Position numbers and translations under genes: made by a program. DNA of 64,000 nucleotides from contig MU054220.1 of assembly GCA_013239625.1 (NCBI GenBank), positions 2,913,374-2,977,373 of the forward strand, written 5' to 3'. Within the stretch, counting starts at the first letter, position 1; the number at the start of each line of letters is the position of its first letter. This document shows, in pieces, positions 63,101 through 64,000 of the stretch. Below the pieces are notes generated by a model, which searched no databases, had not been told where the DNA came from, and saw only the letters and a list, made by a program, of their open reading frames with translations. The stretch comes from Lama guanicoe. Its lineage: Eukaryota.

Positions 63101-63526
63101 TCACTAACATAGGACCGTAAATTCTCCGAAGAGTGGGATTTCCCAGATTCTGATGCCGACCCTCAGACATCCGGGACTCTCAGTAAGCATTTGTTTCATC
63201 CATTGCTCTGTGCTAGGTGCTGTCACCTGGGGGACTGCGTGCATCCTCACAGTGGTCCTGGGAAGTAGGTGAGGTCAATATTCGCATTCTACAGAGGAGG
63301 AGACAGGCCCAGAGGTGGGGAGTGTCTTGAACAGGGGCTGGCTGAAGGTCAGGTGGAAATGGACTCTGGACAGGAGTCCCAGTGGGTGGGTTCAGAGCCT
63401 GCCCTGGCTGCCCCTGCTTTCGCCTTCCTAGGGTCTGATCCTCCCACTCCTTCCTCTTCTTGAATGGCTTTCAGGAAGTAATTCCAGGCAGAGGAAGGCC
63501 AAAGAGACAATTTACAGGAGTTGTAC

Positions 63527-64000
63527 TGAAAGGAGCAGGACCCTGTGGGGTCCTCCCTGGTACAAATCCTTTCCGTGTCCCCTGTTTCTTGTTTGTAAGA
63601 AATAAGCTTCAGTGAGCCTCCTTAACCTCTCCTAAGTTCCAAAGGGTGGATTCAAACAGTTGCCAATCTGGCAAGGGAGGAAGGGCAGAGACAGGGACAG
63701 GCAGCCTACAAACAACAGCACAGCCTCGGGGCAGGGTCCGGATTCCTCCCCAAGGAATAGTTGTAACAATATCTTTGAGTTCCTCTGCGGGAACTAAGGG
63801 CCCCACCCAGGTGGGGGACAACTTATGGCTGAGCACAGGATTCCTGAAGCACCACCCTGTTCCCTCACCACCAACCAATCAGAAGAAAGTCACACACCCT
63901 GCAGCCCTCGCCTCAAATTTTGCCTTCAAATACTTTTCCCCCCAAAACCATCCGGGAGTTTGGGTTTTTGAAGCACAAGCCTGCTGTCCTCCTTGCTTGA
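63527..64000 (+). mobile_element. Probable ERV1-type LTR (truncated by window end)
   Basis: Starts TGAAAGGAGCAGG; U3-like layout with ACCAATCAG followed by a TATA-like CTTCAAATA. Confidence 0.55.

Overview
Mammalian genomic DNA, probably camelid (inferred from several young tRNA-Ala-derived SINEs resembling Vic-1). It holds two intact minus-strand genes in tandem. CRY2 (cryptochrome 2) has 11 coding exons from ATG 29775 to TGA 7477-7479, all with GT-AG junctions, summing to 1782 nt = 593 aa, plus a non-coding last exon starting at 233 that runs off the window. SLC35C1 (Golgi GDP-fucose transporter) has 2 coding exons, 42260-42794 and 37985-38544, summing to 1095 nt = 364 aa. Each gene has a CpG-island promoter. 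The rest is introns and intergenic DNA rich in MIR, L2, L1, MaLR/ERVL LTRs and hAT elements, with a large nested L1 block at about 53-60 kb. I found no evidence of a new protein-coding system; most listed ORFs are chance or antisense shadows. The best second-look items are a tailless 5'-half tRNA-Gly(TCC) retrocopy, clock-type motif clusters (tandem E-boxes, D-box) in CRY2, a strong CTCF site between the genes, a young sense-strand L1 tail in the SLC35C1 intron, a microhomology-edited tandem duplication and a few lineage-specific substitutions. Repeat subfamily names and human comparisons come from recalled consensus sequences, not database searches.
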